A stretch of 61,153 bases of DNA from Nemertoderma westbladi (Eukaryota; Animalia; Xenacoelomorpha). Of this stretch, positions 38,433 to 49,492 are shown one piece after another. The notes under the pieces were generated by a model. The model saw only the letters and a list, made by a program, of their open reading frames with translations, ran no database searches and was not told the DNA's origin. The stretch's first letter is position 1. Every line of letters begins with the position of its first letter. The translations under genes and the position numbers were made by a program. The stretch covers positions 1 to 61,153 of the forward strand of contig JAUCBJ010006486.1 in the NCBI GenBank assembly GCA_032718475.1. The letters are read 5' to 3'.

Positions 38433-40815
38433 TTAGTCCTTCTTACGTGAACAGCGTTTACGCAGTTTTTTGAGGCTAGCAAGAGTCCTTTTCTCTTTGG
38501 GGCGAGCCACTTTACTAGGAGGGCTATAACTCCTGGGTGAAGGGTGCAATACAATTGCATCGGAAGGTTTAGGGTTGCGGTCGGTGTATCCGCCGGTCGA
38601 GGTACCCGGTTGATCAATATCAACCTCAGTGGAACGAGGTCGAACAACCTTTAGAGCGCGTTTCAAGACAGCAGCTCTCACTGGTCCCTGACGGGTCGTT
38701 TGCACGAGAGCGGTAGGTGGACCGTGATTAGTGAGAAATTTCCTCGGTTTGATGGTTCTTTCCAACTTGCGTTCTCTGGCTTTATATTCATATGGTTGTC
38801 TATGAACTTCTTGTAACTCTGGATGCGAGTTTATGAACAAGTCACCACGTGATTTATCAATGGTAGAAACTTTAAACTGTATGTAAGATCTTCCGGTTTC
38901 ACCATATAATATTGAGTTAAATTGACATAATAAGGATGGTCTTTGATCCCATAAAATGAGTTCGGTAAAGGTCTAGCGCGTAGGTTGACCTCGTGTACCA
39001 TACGACGGACAAGATCCGCTCGATTGTCCGGAGGTTCAACGAGTATACCGTCGACACGAGCGACCTCGATTGGCGGACGTTGTAACATAGGAGCGTCAGC
39101 GATAAGATCTCGAGATCTTAGGTTGATATCAACCGGTTGGGGTTGTACCGTGGCGAAGAGTTTGTCTCCGAAATGGGGAACCATCGAGGGATGAATGATG
39201 GTTTTGGAATAGAGATCAGTCATAAAGATTTGAGCTTCTGGTTGGGCTAAAGCTGCTTCTTCTTTCTCATCCATTTCGATGTGTTTCTCCTCGAGCTGAT
39301 TTTCCTCCGCTTGTCGTTGGAAGCGTTCATCCAAAAACTCTTGTAGAAAGTAGGTTCGTCCAAGTTCGATATCTTCTTCGAGATTCTGGATTTCCCGATC
39401 GAACTGAGGTAAAGCTAATTCTTTTACCGCTTGGACTTGCTGCTGCAATTTACGTTTCTCCAAACAATCGTAAGTTCCTTTTCCGATCTTTTGCCGAATA
39501 GCGTCTAACGCGTTTCGTACTACGCTCTCCTCAACTTCGGTGACGGGTTGTATCGGGGTTAGACCGGGATGATTATACGGGTTAAACGGCGATATTAAAT
39601 GTCCGCGTCCCAATCCGGCTATGTAAGATGGGCGAATATCTAAAGAGCCCGCTACCGGAGTGCCACCGGACAGCCCATGACTTTCTTGAGACGCATCTTA
39701 ATGGACACTGGCCTTAAAGATGCGGATGATCTAGCAAATGTCATGGGTGATAGGGAGTTGTGGCGGTGCAATTTTGTTGACAAGCCGGCACAGCATTCTT
39801 AAAAATGCAGCTGCAATGCAGCATGCCGATCCTAGTAGTAGCCACCGATTAATTGTTCGGGTAACACGAGATCTTTGAACAGTGAGTACAGTTCAGGAGG
39901 ATCCGTTATACTATTAGGATCAAGAGTTTGAGGTCTCACTAGGGAATGAGGAGGTCTGACCGAGTATTCCGGAACTCTGATCATCGGTTTATTTAAGGAT
40001 CGTTTGAGTCGAGCCAGCGTAGGTGATACGTCGAACAAGTTTCGCTCAAAACTCCCATAAGTATAGCGAGTAAAACTGTGTTTAGCGCAACGTCTCCGCG
40101 GATGTTTATGTCTTTCCGTTTGTTGGTTGGGTCTAGGGCATTCATCGCAATAATACCAAAGACGCACGTCTTGTAGAGGAAACGCGGGTGATCTTTCTCC
40201 AGTTTTACAATACTCCTCCATCTGTTCGAAGCTATCCGGTACCACAGGTAGTGGTCGATCGGAGGTAAGATACATCTTAGTGAAATAGAGTCGTTTGAGT
40301 TCTATCATAGGGTCATGATGTATACCTTGAGGATATCGAGTTTCTAGGTTTTGTTGACTGGCAATATTGAGATATGTTTCTCTCAAGAATTCCAGATATT
40401 CGTTGAAGTCACTGCGTTTATCCGGCTCTTCAACGTCTTCTCTTTCGAGTTGGTTGCGAATAGAATTTTTGTGTTCGATTCTCAGTTTATCGTTCCGACT
40501 CCGCTGGGTATGATATTTAAATAGGATCATTTCCCTTTCGGTGTCTACATCGTCCGTATCGTGTAAATCGATAGGGTGACCAGTAGTTAAGAAGTCCATA
40601 TACGTACCATTACGATGCGTATAGCGAGCGGTGAATTTTCTATAGTCCAATTCACACGTGAGTTGTTCCTTTGACATTGGCGGTTCGATATAACGGCCAT
40701 CGTCCTCCGTAGTAGTTTGACTAGCGTCGCCGCGTATTAAACTATCAACAAACGCTTGCAATGGTAGGGTATATCGCTCCCTGATACAAAGATCATCTTC
40801 TATCAACTCAATCAT
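38433..40815 (-). pseudogene. Accessory ORF of E3 (unknown protein), split by a LINE insertion and a probable frameshift
   Basis: ORFs 39832-40815 and 38831-39613 fuse in frame (..EQLIGG|TPVAGSLDIRPSYIAGLGRGH..; 601 aa) when 39669-39847 is removed; 38433-38840 overlaps in another frame. Confidence 0.85.
39669..39840 (+). mobile_element. 5'-truncated RTE-type LINE 3' end, 172 bp
   Basis: 7-bp TSD GCCACCG (39662-39668, 39841-39847); encodes GQPMTFLRRILMDTGLKDADDLANVMGDRELWR..stop, matching the RTE C-terminal GRP..DTG..DR..WR pattern; TAGTAGTA tail. Confidence 0.88.
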
Positions 40816-41194
40816 AGCTGCTATATGAGTTTATCGATATTATAATTAATTATAATTAGGCTAGCGGTCGTCGCTGCCTCCCCCTCAATGCCCCCGGACA
40901 GCGCAAGCTCCTCAGCGCTAATATACTGTCGCCGCTGTGTTTCTCGCCAACGTAGTAGCTACACAACGACAACAATAACCAGCGCGAGTCACTCCACTGT
41001 CCGTCCCAAGGGCTCAGAATTACTTCAGGTTCTTGCTACAGAGGTAGGGCAACTTTCACAACTGCGACTCGCCACTGTAAACACACTTTAGTAGTAACAT
41101 TCACCTATAAACGCACAAATTCCACACAACTGTCACAAATTGTACACATTTGGGCCATTTGTCCGTTAGTCAAGTGCCTTCCAGAATGCCACGT

Positions 41195-41732
41195 TGTTAG
41201 CTTATCCAATTCCGCTAACACAAACCCATAGAGTGGGCCATAAAGCAATATTGGGAGCACGAGGTTGATTACCAATCAACCTCGTGTCAGCCCAGTAAAC
41301 GGGGACAATAGGCCCCAAAGGAGACACACACAATAGAGGTCAGGGGCCAAACCCCTAACCGAGAGAGAACACAGGGAGTGAAGGGAAACACTCCAAAGGG
41401 TGCCAACAGGGATATCAACCAATCAGAGGGGGGAAAGGCATCGATTGAGTAGCAATAAGGCCACCGTGCAATATAACCAGTAACCTGTAATCATATCATT
41501 CAGTTTACTCAGTTAGTTCAGTAGGGTGGAACGGTGACTTCTATCACCGTCCGCTACCGCCATCATACTTATCTACCGGTAACTGTGCCATACTATACTA
41601 TAGCCTATATATCAACTATATTATACCTTATACATATAACCGAACATCAGAACTCTTTTACCTTTCACACACGGCGGGGACGCGTAGATAGAAAACCCAA
41701 CGGATAAACCGGGATCCGTAGATCCCGTCACA
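41195..41732 (+). repeat. E2 5' LTR (538 bp)
   Basis: TGTTAG...GTCACA; one substitution seen versus the 3' LTR. Confidence 0.97.
41472..41504 (+). promoter_or_regulatory. Putative E2 LTR core promoter (TATAA plus TCATTCAGT)
   Basis: TATAA 41472-41476 and Inr-like 41496-41504; positionally conserved with E1. Confidence 0.55.
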
Positions 41733-41896
41733 GTGACAGAACTAGTTCCACCCAGCTGCCCTGAAAGTGACAGAATCAGATCCGCCCAGCTGCCCTGACA
41801 GAGATAGAATCTTAGCAGCTGCCCTAACAGTCTGACAGTGATAGAACTGGATCCAACCAACTGACAGACTGTGGCTGCCAGACACCAAAGACGACG

Positions 41897-44800
41897 ATGA
41901 GTCAAGAGAGAGGAACGACACCGCCGCGGACCCCGGACGACGATCTAACGATCCGCGAGGCCACGGCGAGACGATACGAACCCACGACGCCGGTCGATGC
42001 TACGCCGACCACGTCGACGCAGGTTGACGCCACGTCGACAACGAGCAACCCGGCGAACCAAGATGTGGGGGGTCGTCTACAACCGGAGAGCGAGTCGAGG
42101 GAAGGAGACGAGAAGGGAGGAGAAGAGGAAGACGAGTCGACGCGGAGCGAGGGTCGACGTACCGATGTCGCCGGCCAGCCACAGGCCGAGGACGACGAAC
42201 AGTCCACCGGAACGGCGACGGTGGGGCCGTCGGTACGACGTCGGACCCGGAGAGATGGAGGAGAGGTCGGCGACGAGGACGTCGGGGTTTCTGATCGACT
42301 TCGACGGGCCTACCTCGCGACCCGGGAGCAACTGAGAGAGGCCAAAGGAGGGGCGAAGATAGACGAGGTGAGACTGACAAAAGGACTAGGTGAGTCGAAC
42401 AGATACTTTGATCACCTAGTGTGTTCTGGGCAGAGAGAACTAGCCGAGGAGAGAGCGAGGGGGGTTACCAACGAACTGATTGAACTATGGGAATGTGGGG
42501 GTATGGAACCTAGCGTAGTGTACGTAGGGCCATACTTAGTCGATGCCCGGGGAGTAAAATTAGTGGGTTGGAAGAGACCTGAGGAGGGCGAATCCGAGGT
42601 TAAACCCGAGGATTCGGTCTCGTCGGTTGGAGGAAGTTCCGGGAGGCGGGGGAAAGTTGATAGGACGGAGGGGCGGCGGGAGTCCGTCGCAACCGATAAG
42701 TCTGCTACATCCTCCGCGAAAGAAAGAAGGGTGCTGAAAATAAATCTGACGTATGAATTAGCGATGGTGGCGACAGAGCAGAATGAGTTAGAGAGACAAT
42801 TGAGAGAGGAAACCGCATGGTTGGAGAGAGAAAGAGAGTGGGCAAGGGAGGATAGAGAGAGAGTCAAGGAGTGTAGAGAGCGGGAGATGAGAGTAGGGGA
42901 CGAGCCGGCGACGTGGCTTGAGATGGTTGCGAGAGATACCGAGTTGGCCGAGCAAAGTTTACGAGAGTGCATAGAGAGAGAGATAGAGGCAGAGCGTGAG
43001 CGGGATGATTTGCGTGCCCAGCTAAGGGGGCTTGCGCAATATCAAGCCAAACTAGACCAGCGCCGACTAGAACTGGCGCGGTTGGAACTATCAGAGAGTG
43101 AGACCCCAGTTATAAGCACCGAGCGAGAAAACCAGAACTGGTGTAGCCGTACGGGCGGGGGGGGGTAGTAGTAATACGTTAGAAGTAGTTAATATTAATA
43201 GTACCGTAGTAGATAACCCTAATCCCTTTATTGCAGCAAATAATATTTTACCTGGTAGTAGTAATTTAAATTTAAATTCAAATAATAACATTAATTCAAA
43301 TAATTCGAATATTAATTTAAATTTTGAAAATAATAATTTAATTGATTTAACAAATAATATTGGGAATGGTGCTATTAATATGAGCGTGTCGGACGTACAT
43401 AACCCGGCAGACGGTGGCCTGGTAGGCCACGTAGTTAGTAGGCAGGAGGTGGCAGGGTTGAGCCAACCCGACGGCGGCCTGGTAGGCCACGTAGTTGGTA
43501 GGCAGGACGTAGCGGGGTTGAGCCAACCCGAAGTGGGCCTGATGGGCCACGCAGTAGTAGAGAGAGAGGCGGGGGTGAATAGACCCAGCCGTAGTAGAGA
43601 CAGTGCGTCGACTAGAGAGGGGTGTAGAGACGAAGTAAGAGATAGTGAAGTTAGATGTGGCGAATGGGGGGGGGGCTACCGGCGCCCCACCACATAAGAT
43701 TAGTGGTGAGAGAGAGGGGGCAGAGAATGCCCCACAAGAGGGGTATAGAAGTGTAGTAAGAAATAGTGAAGTTAGAAGTGGCGGGTGGGGGGGGGGGCTA
43801 CGGGCACCCCACCGCGAGAGATTAGTAGAGAGAGAGGGGGGGCAGAGAGTGTCCCACAGCCGTCAGCGGATAATGCGCGGGCCGAATCAGGTAAACCGCA
43901 ACACCCGGCGACGGAGAGTAATAGGGGGATTGCGAGTATCCCCAGCGGCGTGCGATCGAGTAGAGAGAGGCAGGTTGACGTCGCGAGAGGGCAGACGAAG
44001 CGTCGAGCCCGATCAGAAGAGGGAAGAAGAACAGTGGAGTTTAACCGGGAGGTCGACGAGAGATCTCACGAGCCGGAATACTACACAGAAAAGAGAAGAA
44101 GAGAACATAGTAGAAGAAGTGTCGCCACGAACGATAGCAGTGCGAGGACGGATAACGGACCGTCGACAGTAGAGATGGAGTCAGGGAGCCAGTGGGGTCG
44201 AACTTCGGGAGATTGCCGTCGCCCCGGAGAAACGCACCGCACGCCAAGAGAGGGGTACAGGAGGTACCAATACAAAGTCGAGAACAGGAGAGGGGATCGA
44301 AGAGAAGCTTCCCGACGGGATATAGCTGCCGATCGAGAGTGCAGTAGTCGCGGGGAGATTAGAGATTCGCGAAGAATAAACTTCGGTTCGGAAGGGCACA
44401 TGCAGACTGCAGGACATACTGTAGGCCTTACTGCACACACTATTATAGGCCATGCTGGGAGAGATAGAGTAGGCGATGGGGTAGCGTGAACGACAGGATT
44501 AAACCCGGAAGTCGCGGAGTACATACCGGTAGGTAGGCGAGAGGTAGGTAGGCCTATATCGGTACAGCAGCATGACTATAATACACAGGGACATAACATA
44601 TATCCAGGGGAGGGGGGAGTTATTGGAGATAGACGTATGGGCCCCAATGTATTAACATCAACCCCAGTACCAAACATACCGGCCGGGGGGGGGACAGGGT
44701 GACATTCCCCCATCACAATATCGACAATATACCCCGATAGGAGCAAGAACATCGAACTCCCTGGACGAGAGCAGGTCGTGCGGACAGTCAATACCACACG

Positions 44801-45200
44801 CGGCCGTACAGGGGACTGCTAGTCCACAGTTAGCTGGGAGCAGGGCCACACCGTGGCAGGGACAGAAAGAAAATAACACCAAAAATAAACACAATCCCAA
44901 TATACCCAGTAGGCCGAGTCTAGACAACCAAAACATTAAATCGGTACATATAAACCTAAGCGCGATACGTGAAGGACTATACAGGAAACGCTATAATCCA
45001 GGATTCCAATGTCAATTACATCGGGACGGAACCCATAAGACCAGGAGTTGCAAGTACTGGCAAGCGTTGCCCAAACGAGATCGTGTAGCCTACACAGACG
45101 CAAACGGACTATGTCATCGATGTGTGGTAAAAGGACACAGATCCTGAGAGTGTTGGAAAGGGAGAGGATGTGAAAGGACTAAACCAGGGGCAGAGAAGCC
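41897..45200 (+). pseudogene. E2 gag remnant (N-terminal region plus zinc knuckles; core domain and protease deleted)
   Basis: ORF 41897-43168 is homologous to E1 15128-16024; later stops and frameshifts at G runs; jumps near 44780 over the E1 gag core; knuckle codons at 45009-45170. Confidence 0.85.
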
Positions 45201-45574
45201 CATTAGCAAACATAAGGGAGTCGGGAAAGTAGGAGGAGGCGTGTTGCATACACACGCAGGACGGACACAGTGCGAGGGGGCATTGCACGGGCAGACACCG
45301 CGTATACCGAGGGACGAGCGGGGGTCGTCGAGGGCTCTAATGCCAGCGCACATACGAAGGGGGAGGCCAGCAAAGATGGCACCGAAGAGAGTGTGGCGAA
45401 GAGTTAGAGGATGTATAGGAGGGCAGCGGGAGAGTGCCTACTGGAAGAAGGGGCACCTGAGAGTTTTTAGTCGTCCAAAGTTTTGGACTGAGGGGGGTGG
45501 GAATGAGGGCGAGACGCCCTTCCCACGCACAAAATATAAAATAATTATTTAATTAAAAATAATTAAATAATAGA

Positions 45575-47180
45575 GTAGGTAGAAGTTAGGTAGTTAGTTA
45601 GTTAGTTAGTTAGTAGGTACGTAGTACCTAGTTAGAGAGTTAGTAGGTACGTAGTACCTAGTTAGAGAGTCAGTTAGAGGGTACGTAAGTACCGTTAGTT
45701 AGTTAGTTAGTTAGTAGGAGGGTACGTGTAGTACCGTTAGTTAGAAGAGTTAGTAGGAGGGTACGTGTAGTACCGTTAGTAGAAGAGTTAGTAGGAGGGT
45801 ACGTGTAGTACCGTTAGTAGAAGAGTTAGTAGGAGGGTACGTGTAGTACCGTTAGTAGAAGAGTTAGTAGGAGGGTACGTGTAGTATCGTTAGTAGAAGA
45901 GTTAGTAGGAGGGTACGTGTAGTACCGTTAGTAGAAGAGTTAGTAGGAGGGTAAATGTAGTACCGTTAGTAGAAGAGTTAGTAGGAGGGTACGTGTAGTA
46001 CCGTTAGTAGAAGAGTTAGTAGGAGGGTACGTGTAGTACCATTAGTAGAAGAGAGTTAGAGGGTACGTAAGTACCGCAGAGGGTACGTAAGTACCGCTAG
46101 GTAGTTAGAGTTAGAGGGTACGTAAGTACAGCTAGTTAGAGTAAGAGTTAGAGGGTACGTAGTACCGTTAGAGAGTAGGAGTTAAGGGGTACGTAGTACC
46201 GTTAGAGAGTTAGTAAGAGTAAGAGGGTACGTTGTACCGCTAGCTAGTAGAGAGAGCTAGAGTAGTAAGAGGGTACGTAGTACCGCTAGTTAGGGGTGTT
46301 AGTAGTAGCAGTAGAGGGTTGTGGGCACCGTAAGTGCCACGTAGTTAGAGTTAGTAGGGAATGCGCTGAACTTAGTGGGGCACGGGCGTGATGATGTGTT
46401 TGATGTAAGAGCAGGGTATGTTAATTAGAGTTAGTGGGAGTTAGAGGTTAGTAAGAGGGTACGTAGTACCGGTTGTGGTTGTGGGCACCGTTAGCGCCAC
46501 GTAGATAGAGGTAGAGTTAGTAAGAGGGTACGTAGTACCGGTTGTGGTTGTGGGCACCGTTAGCGCCACGTAGAGAGTTAGTAGAGTTAGTTAGAGTTAG
46601 TAGTAGTTCACATAATAACGTACCCACTCTGCCGGCACTCAGAGCGTCACGTGTAGGCGATGAGACGTAAAGGGGATGTAGAGGAGTAGAGACGGGCACA
46701 TAGGGTGCCAGAGAGTAGAAGAGTAGAGACGGGCACATAGGGTGCCAGGTAGTAAGTTAGAGAGGTAGTAGTATAGTAGAGAGGGCACATAGGGTGCCAG
46801 GTAGTAGAGTAGAGCAGAGGGGGCACATAGGGTGCCAGGTAGTAGAGCTAGAGAGGTAGTTAAGTAGTAGAAGGGCACATAGGGTGCCAGATAGTAGAGT
46901 GGTTGTGGGCACCGCAAGCGCCACGTAGTTAGAAGAGTGGAGTAGAGTTAGTAGAGCTAGTTAGTAGAGTTAGCAGAGCTAGTGGAGTAGAGTTAGTAGA
47001 GCTAGTTAGCGGAGTTGGTAGACTCGGAGGAGTCAAGTAGAGCTAGTAGAAGTAGAAAGTTAGTAGGAGTTAGTTAGACTTAGTAGAGAGTTAGAGTCAG
47101 TAGAAAGTTAGAGGCTCTCAGTTAGAGCTAGAAGTAGTAAGAGTTAGTAGTTAGCAGAGTTAGTTAGATAGTTAGAGTTA
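45575..47180. repeat. E2 3' UTR C-poor tandem and low-complexity repeats (38-bp unit and others)
   Basis: GAGGGTACGTGTAGTACCGTTAGTAGAAGAGTTAGTAG repeated at about 45718-46050; GGGCACATAGGGTGCCAG about 5 times; GTTA-type filler. Confidence 0.92.
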
Positions 47181-47602
47181 GTAAGCAGTAGGTAGATAGT
47201 ATGATAGCACAGGGGTAGCATTAGAGATTAAAGCCTTAGGGAGTGACAGAGAGTAGAGAGTAATAGTGCGGAGTGCGAAGAGAGCGTGGGCGCAATTCAA
47301 GTGTGGGGGAGGAGAAATGAGAGGAAGAGTGTGGGACGAAGAGGTCCGGGGGTATGCGAGAGTTGGAGTAGAATGGTGAGAGTGTTGGGGAAACAAAAAT
47401 TGTGTGAGAGAAGCGCACGATCGGCCCGACACGAGACGCCAGAGGGTAGTGACATCATACCCATAGGGAGCGGCCTGGAAAGCCGACTCCGGAAAAAAAA
47501 TAGACCCACCCCACACCCGATAATAAGATCGGGATCCAGCGGAATTGTAGCGCACTTGAGTTGGATGCTATCTTCTCACCGGGAAGATAGCATGGGGGGG
47601 AG

Positions 47603-48140
47603 TGTTAGCTTATCCAATTCCGCTAACACAAACCCATAGAGTGGGCCATAAAGCAATATTGGGAGCACGAGGTTGATTACCAATCAACCTCGTGTCAGCC
47701 CAGTAAACGGGGACAATAGGCCCCAAAGGAGACACACACAATAGAGGTCAGGGGCCAAACCCCTAACCGAGAGAGAACACAGGGAGTGAAGGGAAACACT
47801 CCAAAGGGTGCCAACAGGGATATCAACCAATCAGAGGGGGAAAAGGCATCGATTGAGTAGCAATAAGGCCACCGTGCAATATAACCAGTAACCTGTAATC
47901 ATATCATTCAGTTTACTCAGTTAGTTCAGTAGGGTGGAACGGTGACTTCTATCACCGTCCGCTACCGCCATCATACTTATCTACCGGTAACTGTGCCATA
48001 CTATACTATAGCCTATATATCAACTATATTATACCTTATACATATAACCGAACATCAGAACTCTTTTACCTTTCACACACGGCGGGGACGCGTAGATAGA
48101 AAACCCAACGGATAAACCGGGATCCGTAGATCCCGTCACA
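47603..48140 (+). repeat. E2 3' LTR (538 bp)
   Basis: Direct repeat of 41195-41732. Confidence 0.97.
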
Positions 48141-49492
48141 CACGTTATTATTATTTATCCCTGGATACTAGCAGTGTGCTATTTATTCCGTATGCTATTC
48201 AATGGGGCAAGCTTTCTATTGTTCTTTTAACTCGCTTCTAATTCTAGTGTGGTTGTTGCTATGGTGACATTATGGAAAGCTAGCAGTAGAATTAGGGTAA
48301 TTCTCATGCATACAGATCTGGGATGCTATTTAATAGTAATTCTTTAATTGTCAATATTCCCCTTTATACATGATTTTATGAATTTTATCGGCTATTGACT
48401 AGATATTGGAGATTCTCGCACACTAATATACTTTATAGGGTGAATCTCCGCTCCCATGATCTATTAATTAATGGAATTTTGGGAATGTTATAAATTGTAT
48501 AAAATGACAATTTATCAAATTCATGAGAGGATATGAATTTAAATTTATTCCCGTAAATTTTATTATTTAATATTAAAATAGACACAATTTTATTCCAGAG
48601 CATGTCTGGGGACTAGGATCCTTAATTCTAGGAAATTTGTCCTTTTAAGAGTATCGGTAAGTGCTACGATATCGACTAGAATTTTTAAAGGATCTGAATT
48701 TTAACCGATTTTGGATTTCTAGATTTTCTTAGTTTACAAACTCCTTAGAGTTTATTTGTCTGCATTTACTCTATTATAGCATTTGTTTTAATAGATTTTG
48801 TAAATATTAAATAGTTATTATTTAAGATGGGCACCGATTTCTTCCAGAACTTGTCTGGGGACGTTAACCACTGATTCTAGAATTTTGTCTTTCAAGTATA
48901 TCGGTGGGTGCCGCGATATCTTAATCGACTAGAATTACAGATGGTCAGGGTTTAACAGATTTATTTTGCGTTTTACGCTACTGTTAAAGGGACATCACGC
49001 TACTATATGTATTATTCAATATACGGTATGAGAGCAATATTACAAGAAGCAATGTCAGTGAGAAGAGGCAAGTCGTTTCCAAGGTCTACCCAGAGCTTGG
49101 TTTAGCCGAGACACGAGGATCTGTACTTTGCATTCCTAATACTCTACTTACCAATAATACTTGAGTATAGTAGGAGCTTTATTGTACTTTAATAAGTATG
49201 GACATTTCATCTTACTGTAGTCACGTATTTATAATATGACACGGACAGTAAGGAAAGAGAAAAATAATTATTTTCTCGCGTTGCACTAAATATAATGTTA
49301 AGTAATTAAGTAATAAACACGAGTATATATTATATATTGCACTAATCTACTAAATAATCGCTAAAATAACATTCTACTAAATAAAATTAAAGAAAACGAT
49401 TATAATAAAATTACATAATAATACATACATAAATATAAAAATAATAAAAACAAATATAAAATAACATAGTCACACACCCACTCCGTATGCTA

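Larger units (their letters stand above)
41195..48140 (+). mobile_element. E2: non-autonomous BEL/Pao LTR element related to E1, 6946 bp, inserted antisense in E3
   Basis: 538-bp LTRs, TSD CACGT (41190-41194, 48141-48145), PPT 47594-47602, gag collinear with E1. Confidence 0.96.
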
